63,434 nt of DNA, filler included, from Choristocarpus tenellus KU-1152 (GCA_964200185.2; 9 parts of 9 records of this genome joined end to end with filler, not necessarily neighbours in it), one strand, 5' to 3'. Counted from the whole stretch's first letter, positions 23,490-36,400 are shown. Made by a program: numbers and translations. The notes: a model not told the origin generated them from the sequence alone.

Positions 23490-24345
23490 GTGTTTCACAG
23501 CAAGAGGGATCAGAATGCTTGTGGTATCTACAGGGGCATCTCAATATTGGCGCCCGCTGGCATAGCGGTTCTCAAGGTTGTTTGCACAGCGACAGAGAGC
23601 TTATCTGGAACAGGAGAACACGGTTCCATATTGAACAATGTGGTTTCAGGTTTGAACACTACACTGCGGGGGATATAATGTACACCCTACGTGCCTTCTA
23701 GGAGTTCGGCTGGGACGAGCATGTATCTCTGTCCATGTGTTTAATTAAACTATAGAGAGTATCTGACTTTCTTTGCTGCGAACTCCTGTCAGTTGTGCTT
23801 CTCAAGTTTCTAGTGTTTGAGAAGATGATTACAGTTATCTGCAAATGGAAATGAGCATGCGTCCAAATGGATGATGGAAAATATACGGATTGATTTGAGG
23901 TTAGGTAAGATCTTCAGCGAGGGTATATTCTCGCTCCCGTCCTGCTCAACGCCTTCGTCACTGCAGTGCTAAGCATGGCGGTCAAGGAGTTACCCAACCA
24001 TTTCAAGAACAACGGTGGTTGATATAGAGAGAGCTGTGCAGAATAACCAGGTTAGAAGAGGAGGAATAACATGGATGACACTTGGGTGGGACTTGTGGGG
24101 TCGACTCTATGCTAACAATGCGGGCATTTTGTGAAAGATCGAAGGATGTTTGCCGCAGAATGATAAAAGTGATTGCGAAGATGGCCAGGTCATTTGGGTT
24201 GACTGTGTTGGAGATGAAGATGGAGCCATGTGGTTTCAACCTTCCAACAAGGCTGAAGACGTTTTGTAGACATGGGCGTTGTGAGAACTCGAAGCAGACT
24301 GGCAAGCTTGTTTACCTCAGAGGCACCATAATATCCAATGAAGCA
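23490..24345 (+). mobile_element. RTE-clade LINE reverse transcriptase relic
   Basis: KRDQNACGIYRGISILAPAG, EQCGFR, EKMITVI..ACVQMDDG, LQRGYILAPVLLN, WGRLYANNAG (decayed YADD), SFGLTVLEMK and QTGKLVYLRGTI in the canonical order, with stops and frameshifts. Confidence 0.85.
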
Positions 24346-24492
24346 GGTGAGTCAAATTATCTTAGAGGGTAGAGCCACGTCCATTTGGGGGCNNNNNNNN
24401 NNNNNNNNNNNNNNNNNNNNNNNNNNNNNNNNNNNNTTAATTAATTAANNNNNNNNNNNNNNNNNNNNNNNNNNNNNNNNNNNNNNNNNNNN

Positions 24493-24875
24493 TGCAGGTG
24501 CAAGAAAGTTCTGGTAAAGATGAACCATAGTCCCCCTTTTCACACAGAGTTGGACTTCTAATGCAGGTGTGAGAAAGTTCTGATAAAGATGTACCATAGT
24601 CCCCCTTTTCACACAGAGTTGGACTTCTAATGCAGGTGTGAGAAATGTTCTGATAAAGATGAACCATAGTCCCCCTTTTCACACAGAGAGGGACTTCTAA
24701 TACAGGTGTGAGAAAGTTCTGATAAAGATTAACCATAGTCCCCCTTTTTCACACAGAGTGGGACTTCTAATGCAGGTGTGAGAAAGATCTGATAAAGATG
24801 AACCATAGTCTCCCTTTTCACACAGAGTTGGACTTCTAATGCAGGTGTGAGAAAGTTCTGGTAAAGATGCACCAC
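24493..24875. repeat. Minisatellite, 69-70 bp unit, ~5.5 copies, truncated by the gap
   Basis: Unit TGCAGGTGTGAGAAAGTTCTGATAAAGATGAACCATAGTCCCCCTTTTCACACAGAGTTGGACTTCTAA, starting at 24493, 24562, 24631, 24701, 24771 and 24840. Confidence 0.95.
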
Positions 24876-25451
24876 TACGAAACATTTTACCGAAAGGTTC
24901 CAATCAATAAAAAAAATAACTCCCGCTGTCTAGCTTGTGCTAATCGACTGGGAAAATGAAACAAAAAAAAGGTATACAGTTCGAGACAAAAGAGTAGAGG
25001 AAGTCAGCCTAAGAACGGGGGGGGATCGTTGCTGACTTTCAAAAAGGCCCCTCTGACTTTCCGGTGTCATATTCTTAGGAGCACACCATCCACAGCAACA
25101 GAGAGCAAATATCTTCCAGTTTTGTAAGTAGATTCAGTTTGCACACAAAAAATTGTTCTTATCAACATCCAATTTTTCAAATATCTTCATATTCTTTTGA
25201 AAAAACAAGATTAAAAAAAATCCTGACCCTTAAAACCCAATACACCCAAACCCCCCCACCCCCACCCCCACCCCCACCCCCCCCTCTCAGTTACTTACGA
25301 CTCAATATTTTGCCAAAGAACCAAAAAGGTATGCGTTAGTAGTACCACATTCCCAGGGGCCTACATAGAGTAACAACACCATTGTTGCTCCACAGTAGCG
25401 ACTTAATAGCGACCAAGTAACACTATAAAGATCATCACGATACACAAACGG

Positions 25452-25495
25452 GATACCGTATCGATACCGTATCGATACTGTATCGATACTGTATC
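25452..25495. repeat. Four tandem palindromic 11-mers GATACNGTATC
   Basis: GATACCGTATC x2 followed by GATACTGTATC x2. Confidence 0.9.
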
Positions 25496-25592
25496 GTGCA
25501 TAGGGGAGATTACGGCAGATTACGGTACTACCTGATGGTCACACATTGAACCTATGAGCCACAGCATTAGTGATAAAACTAATATAACAGCT

Positions 25593-26051
25593 TAACCCTA
25601 AACCTAACCCTAACCCTAACCCTAACCCTAACCCCAACCCCAACCCTAACCCCAACCCCAACCCCAATACAGATCTAATGTTACCATTACCGTACAATAG
25701 TTCCAACTCACAGTGGCAACGGAAAAATTCTAAACAGATTTAGTGCAGTATCGCTGTTACGCCTGGCAAGGAGTAGTACCCCCATCACGATAAGAAAAAC
25801 CTCATGCAAGCAATCCCATCACATTACCATAGTATTGGAGAGCGGTATGCTTAGGGTTGGGGTTAGGGTTGGGGTTAGGGTTGGGGTTAGGGTTAGTATA
25901 TCATTAACTTCTCCACCGGAAATCATTTTCCACAGCACTGTAGCAGTAGGGTTAGGGTTAGGGTTAGGGTTAGGGTTGTTAGTATATTGCCAACATCCGC
26001 ACCGCAACTTAGGGTTAGGGTTAGGGTTAGGGTTAGGGTTAGGGTTAGGGC
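25593..26051. repeat. Interstitial telomeric repeat cluster
   Basis: (CCCTAA/CCCCAA)n at 25593-25667, then (TTAGGG/TTGGGG)n at 25851-25896, 25947-25977 and 26008-26051. Confidence 0.92.
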
Positions 26052-28146
26052 TAATATATCATAAATTTCTCCACCATAACTGACATCTCTTAGAGCAGCA
26101 AAACCTAAAATTCCCCAAAAAAAATCCCTGCCAAGAGGAAACAAGTGTGAGCAGGGCGGTGATAAAAATATGGATAATAGAGGGTTAAACAACTAAATAT
26201 TATCAACAATTAAATATAATCAAATCAGGACATGTCATGCTAGAGACAAAACTTGACCTGCATGCCCCTTCACAGCCTACTCGAGTAAGAAAAAACAAAA
26301 GTACTAGTAAGTAGTAGTGTGTATTTTGGACTTACGCCAATACCCGGCAGGGACAAAGGATTTGTCTTTTGAAGGTACAGTAAGCCTAAGCAATAGTGTA
26401 AAACCATTTGGCTTGACAGTTACGGCACCATGCGACACAGTAGTACTACAGAGCACTACAGCACAGTAAGATAACATACATTACAGTACGTCATGATAGC
26501 AGCACCACTGAACACCTACTATGCACGGGTTTCCAACAATATGGTACAGTACATCATTTGCTTCAGAGGCAAGATGAGGTACTCCATAGATCTTTCATGG
26601 TTCGAATACAGTAGTGACCAGTAATGTACACACACTTCCATTTTAAAAAATAGCCCTAACACCAACACTAACCCTAAACAAAACACTAAACCCTAACCAT
26701 AACCCTCATTCCCTTACTATTACCACACACACTTAACAGCACCTGGTTTTACCTTTCTGAATCCCCCACGCATTTCAAAATAGTTCATTCTTACCATGAT
26801 AACAAAACAAAAAAAACTCTCCAATCGGGAAAGTAATCATATAGCCGGTTTGTCAACCACCTGCCAATTTCAACATACTAAACATCCCTCAAGAGATTCC
26901 CACCAACTACAACTACATACATATTGGGGGGCAGGCTGGATTGGCATCACGGTGTAAGCCGTACCACTGATGCACAGTATCACACTTATCCATCATACGC
27001 TGTCGTCCATTTCTCTCACAGTCATATACTGCAGAGCCAAGTCCACGATTTCTACCCGCGATAACGCCTGCACAATATCCTCAAGATCTCTTCACATCAC
27101 GCACCGAACAAAATTTATGTGTGCAACCAATCAGATAGCTCAATCGGACTCACTTGCTTCCCTCCCATTTCCGAGCAAGCAACCACAATTATTAAATAAA
27201 ACTTCTACTGTTCAATTCATTTGTTTCTCAAAATCAAAAGATCGGATTTTCATTTTTAAAAAATAATAGACTGAAAGAACAATCCAGTTTTTAAAAAACA
27301 GAAGAATTTCTCTGAAAAAAAATCACAGCAAAAAAGACAAAAATATATTTTAAAAAATCTATAGGGGTTGGGGCCAATAGAGACAACTTCATCCAAGGCA
27401 GGGAAGTGGAGAAATTTTTCAGCACTTCAAAAAAAAAATCGAAAAAACCAAGGCGAGATTTGCAGTCCAGTTCATACTTATCAAGGCACAGTCAATTGCT
27501 TTGAAATTAGGAACAGTATTGTGTATGAGGTTTTCCACCAATCAATTTCCTTCCACAGCCTAAACAACAACAAAAAAGAAAGAAAAGGAAGATACACAAG
27601 AAAATTTTCACATGTTTGAAAAGAATTTGGAGGAAACAGTGGGGTTATAGCTAGGGCCAGACTAAGAACAATAATATATATATATAAGAAAAAAAAAACT
27701 CCAAAAATTTTTAAGGCAAATTCCAATCACATCCAACATGCATTTGTAGGTGTGTAACACAGTGCCGTTCACCATCAATCAAACAAACGCAACCTACTAT
27801 ATAGTGAAGAGAGCAAGACACAAAAAATAATAGTAATAATCATATTATTATTATTATTACTATTATTATTATTATTATAACAGCAATGATAATAATTATA
27901 GTAATACCAATGACATAAATAACAATACTTTGGATTCCACATCGAAAAGAGGGGAGAGGGCCAAGGGAAAGAGGAAGGGGACCGGGAAGGAGGGAGAAGG
28001 GGACTTACTCTTTCCTATACCCTCCCACCCCCTGTCCAACCCCTCCNNNNNNNNNNNNNNNNNNNNNNNNNNNNNNNNNNNNNNNNNNNNTTAATTAATT
28101 AANNNNNNNNNNNNNNNNNNNNNNNNNNNNNNNNNNNNNNNNNNNN

Positions 28147-28325
28147 TGCATGGAAGACTAGATCCATGCGGGAATTCCTGTCTACTGTGAAGGGACTGCC
28201 GTCCTCCGTGGTGCAAGGGATGCCCATTCCCTTGCATAGCTGGCTTAGGCGTTTCACCATGGGTGTGTGTTTTCGCACCTGGCCTCTTGCGCTGGGGCAG
28301 GTACGGGCATGTCTTTTCACTATTG
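28147..28325 (-). mobile_element. 5'-truncated RLE-type non-LTR retrotransposon fragment, cut by the gap
   Basis: KRHARTCPSARGQVRKHTPMVKRLSQLCKGMGIPCTTEDGSPFTVDRNSRMDLVFHA: end of a zinc knuckle plus start of the endonuclease. Homologous to the 28739 and 50650 copies. Confidence 0.8.
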
Positions 28326-28724
28326 TTTCAAACTCGATACGGGAAATTTCATAACATTTAGTAATGAAAAATACTACCAACACAACATGGGGTGATAGAT
28401 AAGACTTTCCAATAGTGAACTTCATTTTGCCTCTATATTATATATTATATATTATATATTATTATATGTATATATCTCACACTTCATGACAACTGTTACT
28501 CTTACAGGAGTTCTTACGATATTGAGTTGGCTTTTCCTTTGAAACATACGTAAAATGTGAGAGGGCATAATAATATACTCTTAATTATAATGTAGAATAT
28601 ACCAAACGGCAATGGTTCAAACGGTTCAAATCGCTTAAGCCTTCCGATTGGTTGATGTATCTTGTGATATTGGTTTGACTTTTCCGTGACACATCTATAA
28701 TTGTAGAAGGGGAGGATAATATAC

Positions 28725-29484
28725 GACAACACACCTCTATGGTGAAATGTCTCAGCCAACTATGCAAGGGAATGGGTATCCCTTGCACTACGGAGGATAG
28801 TAGCCCCCTCACTATTGATAAGAGTTTCCGCATGGATCTTGTCTTCCATGCAGGGATACTTGCAGACGCAGGATCAGCCCCCTACTGGGACAAAGGCCTT
28901 CTACTCGATGTTACGTTTGTGGAAGTACAGGCAACCTCCCACCTCCCACACTCATCCACCAGCAAAGATGTAGCTGCAGCTGAGGCGCGAAAGCGCACCC
29001 ACTATGAGGGCTCTTTTGACCCTCGTAGTTATAACCCCAACACCTTCGCGGTGACAAGTTTTGGGCCCCTTGGGAAGCAAGTGTAACGTTTCCTGGATGA
29101 GCTAGCTGCACACACGGTAGGGGGGAGAGGAACTGGAGGCTACAGAAAAAAGGAGTTGTCAAATCCTGCCTATGCCAGATAGTCTCAATCGCAATTGCAA
29201 GTAGCCCTATCTAGACGGGTTGTGCGTTTTAAGCTGGAGTCACCAGGGAGATGGGCAAGGAGGGGTTTGTTAGATTCTGGGGATGCTTCCCTAGTAGGCT
29301 GCAAGGATAGGTTTGAGACACAGGAAGGCAGTAGTACAACATAGATAGTAGTAAAATAGAAAATAGACTAACATTTTTCACTTTTGTGACAACCGTTACT
29401 TCTTTAGGGATTTTTCAGATATGTGAATGGTTTTCATTAGTTTTTCTCCTGGCACATATGTAAAATGTTAGAGGGCCTAATAAT
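28725..29484 (+). mobile_element. 5'-truncated non-LTR retrotransposon with a restriction-like (PD-(D/E)xK) endonuclease, CRE/R2-group-like
   Basis: ORF 28739-29086 and its continuation read RMDLVF...LLDVTF...AAAEARKRTHY..SFDPRSY..TFAVTSFGPLGKQV*RFLDELAA. A 3' UTR follows, ending GAGGGCCTAATAAT. Extra solo 3' ends lie at 28478-28575, 29517-29637 and 29822-29898 (-). Confidence 0.82.
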
Positions 29485-30249
29485 ATAAATATAATATAGA
29501 TAGAAAAAATGCCTTTCACATTTATGACAAGTGTTACTTTTACAGGGAGGGGTTGTTCTGACATTTGAATGGTTTTTCATTGATTTTTCCCCTGACACAT
29601 CTGCAAAATGTCGAAGGGCATAGTAATAAGTAATAATACTATATGATGGAGGAGAAAGGTTTTTTTTCTTGTTATATGAGAACTACCCAAACCACTTCTC
29701 TTACCCTCATCCACGTAAATTTTGGTGACCTTCATTAAAAAAATCTTTAGTTTGGCTGTGTTGTCACTGGCTGGTCTACTCATCCTCCTACCCCCCATAG
29801 ATATATTTTTATTGCTACTATTGTTCTTATTATTATTTTTATTATGATACCGTCTGACATTTTGCAGATGTGTCAGGGGGGAAAAACCAATGAAAACTTG
29901 TTCTTCTCTCATTCGTTGAACAGTTTTAAGGATACTCATTTACTTCTTAACATGTTTCTTCTCATCATCACAACGGTTTCTGGGATAATTGGGGACATTA
30001 GGTTGCATTTAGAATGTTGACCTAAAACTACAAATCATATCATAGACGTAAAGCCTCACTCATCTCATGATGTCACTATTTTCTATAATTGGGGCTGACC
30101 CTATCCAGGTTAAGACCTGACCTAAATACACTACATTTTTTTAATTACGTATTTTTGACGCATAATTTATTATTTGTTCGTATAATAGTGTATGTAGTAT
30201 TAGGGCATATGTCACACACGATTTATTTCATTTTAAACAATCAATACAG

Positions 30250-30590
30250 CTGTAAATAAACATCACAATGGAATGAACTTGTCGCGTCCTCTTGTAGTGT
30301 GGTCTTTTATATGAAGCGCTCCTTGTATCCTCTATATACGGACACAATAAACAACGAGCGCGCATTCATCTCCCGAATATCGCACTTTAGGACATTGATA
30401 CGACATTCTGCACTCCGTAAGGTACATAATTCTTATTCCTTCAACATACAAACGCGAATATATACCTGCAAACAATCCATTTATGCCCTCAGATATTGAC
30501 GAGGTCCGAAGGTCAATTGACAAACAGATATTGCTTACGCTACATAATGACGTACTCTCCTCCTCCTGTACTTCATTGTCACAATTCAAA
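30250..30590 (-). pseudogene. Possible decayed intronless SET-domain gene
   Basis: IDLRTSSISEGINGLFAG...RYSGDECALVVY..*..LHIKD..TRGRDKFI resembles the SET N-terminal (S.I...G.GLFA) and ID/RFIN.. motifs. It has in-frame stops. Confidence 0.3.
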
Positions 30591-31940
30591 CTATCAATGC
30601 GATAAACCTACTACAAGAGAGATACCCCTATAAATCCACATTTGATCAAAACACTCAAACACCCGACTCCAGGAATAGACGTACAAACAGGCGGCTTTTG
30701 CAACATCATCACACAGTCCCATCTAAATCTAAGCGCTAAGAACATATCCGAAGTGCGGGTTATGCCATATTTCATTGAAACAAGACCAATCCTCCAAGAC
30801 TGAAGACACTCAAATATACCATTTTTCCAACACTTGGTCAGGGCCCAAATGAAGACCCCAGTGCAGAACCCCCCCGCCCTCCCCCCCCCCAGATACTTTG
30901 GCCCTGTTGTAATAATAGTAGTAATCTTGGTTGGCTATGTGATAGGATTGTTGTGCAACTGGTCGTGTAGTAGTTGGTACTCGTAGAAGTAGTATATATA
31001 CCTCATTATTGATCTCACCATCACTGTATGTACGGTTATTGTGGTTGTTGGTATTTTATTGGCATCATTTCCACCCATGAAACACTCTGCAGGTAGTTAC
31101 AGCTACGAGTAGGAAGTAGGTAAGAACACCGACAGAAGGACCATGTGGGTGCAGGACGAGGGAGATGAAGAATGGACTAAGACTTCAGTGTTTCAGTAAA
31201 AAAAAGGTAGCAATTTTCAATAGAAGCTCGTGTATGGACCGCTTTCTTTCCAAACATTGCATATATATTTCTGGGCTAAACTGGTCGAAGGAAGAAAGCG
31301 TCAAAAAACATACCACACCCTGCAATGATATATCTTACTTCAAAGACCTCTCATTACTTTTGATATACAACAAGCGAAACTGCACAAAGAATGGGTTCTT
31401 CTTACTCTTCAAGTAATTATGACTATAAACCATAAAAACGCTCATGTTTATTTTCATACTTTCAACACGGTCATGGAGAGCAAAGCATTAAAAAAATACC
31501 TTTTTCGGACCACATTGGGTCTGCCCGAACTACCCAGAAGAAGTATCAATCTGGCGAATATTGAATGCATCTATTTTGAGCACAGCAACAAAATAAATAC
31601 TCACTGACGATGTGCATGAACTTTCCAGTATCTAGCATTTGACATACACAAAAAAGTTCAAGGGTGCACGTATTTCGGTCTCAGTCTCCTCCTGGCCATT
31701 GACATAGGCTATTTTTGATGTATGACAGGTCATTTCTCGAAATCCCAGATCATCGATCCCATTCGATTTATATGATTTGATGAAAACAGTAAACTCGTAT
31801 CGTGAAGATTATTACTACTATAAACGGGTCCTTCTGGGAGGGGCGGGACCCCTCAGGGGTTGGTTACAGACAGGGGAGGAGAGGAGAGAGTGTGGTGTGA
31901 ATACTTGCGTCTTTGTACATGAGGGAGTTTAGTATGTTGA

Positions 31941-32069
31941 AGGGTCAAAGTATCTTGGAGGGGAGGTGTCGGCGTCCGTTTTTCACCNNNNNNNNNNAAA
32001 AAAGCGTTGTCGACCATCACGCGAGTCCCCCCCACAACCCACCCCCCCCCCCCAGATACTTTGACCCTG
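31941..32069. mobile_element. Short MITE-like element with GGGTCAAAGTATCT TIRs
   Basis: AGGGTCAAAGTATCTTGGAGGGG...CCCCCCAGATACTTTGACCCT. A related copy lies at ~30839-30906 (CAGGGCCCAAAT...AGATACTTTGGCCCTG). Confidence 0.65.
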
Positions 32070-32200
32070 AAGTCAAGGTGCTGTGTCAAAATCTTACCTG
32101 CACACGAACTACGCATGTATATATAATATATATATGTTTCTGAAACTTAGGTAGTAGTAATATATCTTGCCTACTATTGTTGTAGCATATCCTACCTCAC

Positions 32201-33230
32201 CTCATCACTCCATACATGTTGCTTCGATGACAAGGGGGGAGCACCCTCCCTCTTTGTTCTGATCTGACTCATGACGATTGAAGCTGACATCTTGGAAGCA
32301 GAGGATGAGAGTTGGTACTGGTAAAGAGGTGATGTAGCATGGTGAGGTGTAGGGTTTAGAGATGTGTAGTGATAGGACTCCAACTTCGATGACAGAAAAA
32401 AGAAAGACAGGTCAATAGATCCCATAGGTTTGTAATGGCAGGAATAACTTGGTCTTATGTCGAAGGTAAGTGAGAGGGACCCAAAGAGCCAGTGCTGGTA
32501 AGTATTTTTTTCGGCATTTCTTACTCTGTAACTCTTATGTACAAGCGCAGGCAACCCTAGCTGCAAGGGTGAGAGCTGGCACTGGTAATCTAAATACACA
32601 GACGAGGGATGGACGTACAGGAATTACTTGGTTTTATATGGTATATATGTGAGAGAGGTGGTATTGGTAATGTTAGTTTTATAAGGTTCCTACATGAGAG
32701 AGCCAACACTCATAACATACAGACATATAGACGGATGGAGGGACAGGAATTAGGTTACTGTTATTACTATTACTATCACTATTACTACTACTATTATTAT
32801 TGTTTTCTCCATTTTAGTTTGAAGACTATATCCCCACCCCTGGTCAGAGAGACTGCACATTGTACTACTTCTCATGCATACTACTCTTCTAATGAAGTAC
32901 TCTGGAGTACATACATGTTCCACCACAACTAATTGTAATGTACTGCCGAACGAGAGTCCTTGTATATCAGTGGTAAGGAGGCTGTTTCTTCCCTGCAAGA
33001 ATTTTGTAGGTTTGAACCCCATTCACGCACGCTTCATTTCATGGAAACCTCAAACCTGGTTACAATTATCTGTTGTCAACTTGGCAAGCACTACTGACTA
33101 CATGCACACCTCTACCATCCTATCTATAGCCATACCACAAAAAAAAATGTCGGACCAAGAAGGTGGCAAAGGTTCTTTGCTCAGAGCTCCTGAGGCTGGT
33201 TCAGCAGAAGATTTAAGAGATGCGGAATAA
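32201..33230 (-). CDS. Unknown protein, internal exons
   Basis: Consecutive phase-0 GT-AG exons: one ending at 33110, then 32992-32915, 32581-32525 and 32383-32201, all open (GRNSLLTTDIQGLSFGSTLQLVVVEH / CQLSPLQLGLPALVHKSYR / LESYHYTS...HVWSDE). No recognisable domain. Confidence 0.45.
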
Positions 33231-33464
33231 AGAGTGTTGAGGATGGTTGGGATGTTAAAGTATCCCCAAAATCATCAAAGAGGATAAAGGTGATAAACCC
33301 GGCGAGATTGCTTGGTGTCNNNNNNNNNNNNNNNNNNNNNNNNNNNNNNNNNNNNNNNNNNNNTTAATTAATTAANNNNNNNNNNNNNNNNNNNNNNNNN
33401 NNNNNNNNNNNNNNNNNNNGGTTGCAATAACGCCTCCAGAAGAAGATGAAACCTGTTGACTCAC

Positions 33465-36400
33465 ACCGCTCCCCTCAGCACCAGCACCACTCCAACTGCC
33501 TGGTCGTTCAACCCCATCCTCAAAACCTTGAATATCCTCATTATCTGAGCTCCACCTACATGAAATATGCATCATACAATAAAAAAAACAAGGCGATGAC
33601 ATCACAAAGGGGAAACATATATACATACACATTTATATACATATATTACAAACAGGTAGGGTCTTGAGGCCACCGGGTCTGCTGTGTAGAAGGGGAGGAA
33701 GGTAGGAGGGACTAGGCACCATGCACACTAGTACTGTAGAGCACAAGCGCGCTCCCAAAATAATAGTACTATAAATATAATAGTAGTACATTCAGAAAAC
33801 ATTTTTTTTACTATTTTTTTAGTTTTTCAAGTGGTAACATCTTACTGGCACTACATTCACACACCCACAAGACCACACCATTCTTATTCATATTAGATTA
33901 TTCTTATTACATTGTTACTATTCATATTATAATATTTATTTCTATTACGATCACATCATATATAACCATGCCAATCAAAACAGGAGTCAACACTACAGCA
34001 GTAAAAAACAAAAAACTTAAATCAAATTTCAGAGTGTGTCCACCCTGCACTACTCCATCCAGATGGAAGGAGACTTCATAAACTAAATTTTAGAAAAATG
34101 TGTTCTCATTCCCAAATGTTGAGATACCACTGTTCTACCAGGGCAAGCAATAGAGTCAACGCAGGGTATCTCCTCTGGTGGGAGTAGTGGCATCTCAACA
34201 TTTTACATGCCTAAGAAACAACAGAATGATTAATATTTTGATTATTAGTATCATTATTAGCAAATCTGCACACACCTCACAAGTACAAGAGAATCAACAC
34301 AATACCCACACATAGGAACCTACAGTCAGCACTCAGAATTATTATACTATTATTATTATTATTAGAAAATCTGCACACGCTAGTTTTAAAGTCAACAAAT
34401 TCATATTATTATCGATAATATTATCCCACTTATTAGGCTGGACTATTATCAATTAATAGCCTACTTTCAAAGTCAACTAATTTATATTATCTCACTAATT
34501 CATATCATTATCAATATAACTATCGCACTTATTAGGCTGGACTATCATCAACTAATAGCCTAGTTTTAAAAGTCAACTATATCATATTATTGTCAATATT
34601 ACTATCTCACTTGTTGGTCTGGGCTGCTATCAATTAATAGCCTACTTTTAAAGTCAACTAATTCATATTATCTCACTTACTAGTCTGGCCTATTATCAAC
34701 TAATAGCGTAGTTTTAAAGTCAACTAATTCATATTATTACTAATATTACTGTCTCACTTGTTGGTCTGGGCTGCTATCAATTAATAGCCTACTTTCAAAG
34801 TCAACTAATTCATATTATCTCACTTACTAGTCTGGCCTATTATCAACTAATAGCGTAGTTTTAAAGTCAACTAATTCATATTATTACTAATATTACTGTC
34901 TCACTTATTGGTCTGGGCTATTATCAATTAATAGCCCAGTTTTAAAGTCAAATAATTCATATTATTACTAATATTATTATCTCATCAACTAGTAAGGTAC
35001 TGCTACAGCTGCACTGCTTCTTTATGCTTTGTGCTAGGATTAAAGTCAACCCTAACCCTCCCAACGCCCATCAACCACCCCTCAATGCGCTTTCACTTCC
35101 CTACACATTCACACAATATGCTACTTGCAAATATGTTCCTACATAGATATGTGTATGTGTTGGGGGGGGGGGGGGGNNNNNNNNNNCACACTATCACAAA
35201 AAGGGGTCTGGATGAATATTTTTTTAATAAGAGTTTTTTATGGGGGGGGGGGGGGGGGGGGGGGTGATACTAGCGATAGACTTCAAAGAAAAGTATCATA
35301 CTATTCAAACTCTCCAAAAGAATGATAATAAGATTATTAATACCACCCCTCCATACAGGACAAATAAAATCATAACCCCACCCCATATTGTTCTCTTGCA
35401 CTATACAACACCTTCGAAGTAGACCTTCAAATAACAATCACCACCACTGTCTCTAATACACTACTTTTTTAGAACAAGGGGGGGGGAGGCAACCATGTCC
35501 CTCTATCCCTCTCTCCCCCTCCCCCCCCAAAAAAGAATAAAAATAATAATATGTTAAGAAAGCTAAAAACGTTGTGACTAGTGAAGGCATCATCAGTCCC
35601 TCTTTCCTGAGGCGGCACCCTTCTATTGTCACCAAAGGAAACGACAACCACATCTATGAACATACACATCTTGAATGTTGGTGGCTAACCAACACCTCAG
35701 CAATTCAAGCACTGCATCCCAGAATTGAGAAATGGGTGGTTTAATTTTGATGTATGTATCGTAAACATGCAGTCATACCCCTATCAATAAGAGAGAAATT
35801 GGAATTCAAAATTGTGTGTCTATATAACAAATACATAGCCATACCCCATCAATTCTAAAGGGCCAACCACCATGTCCATGTAACCGTGGTTTGTACCACC
35901 AATATGGCGTCACTACAATTGTGTACAGTTACTAAACATTGCTTCAAAATCAACACTGGGGGGTACACTTGTTCAACAACATGGATTGAATTATAATACA
36001 TCAACACACAATTTCAGATCAATGCTCTCCAATTTTCCCAATCAAGGTCACATTTGAGTCAAAACTCCAAGTGATGTCCACTAGAAGTCATTGCCCATTA
36101 ATAGTTAGCGTTCACCACCCAAGCTACTGGGCAAGCTCCAAAAAACACAAACACTGGTGGATGCAAAGGGGATTCAAATCTCAGGCTATTTTCTTGATAT
36201 TGACACCGGCTCTACTCTTCCAGATGCACACGCACACACACACGAACACACAACACTGAAGAGGCGTTTTTTTCTATGTTAAAGAGAAAAAAAAAAAGTT
36301 GGAGGACTATCATAACAACACCTGCACTACCATCAACATAAGGGGTTGCCTGATACCACCACTTGGCAAACGCCTCTGTACATACAACATTAATTTTTCA

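Noticed and set aside
24493-24875. CRISPR-like appearance of the 69-bp, 25-bp and 81/66-bp arrays
   Set aside because: Units are contiguous with no unique spacers, there are no cas genes, and the context is eukaryotic.
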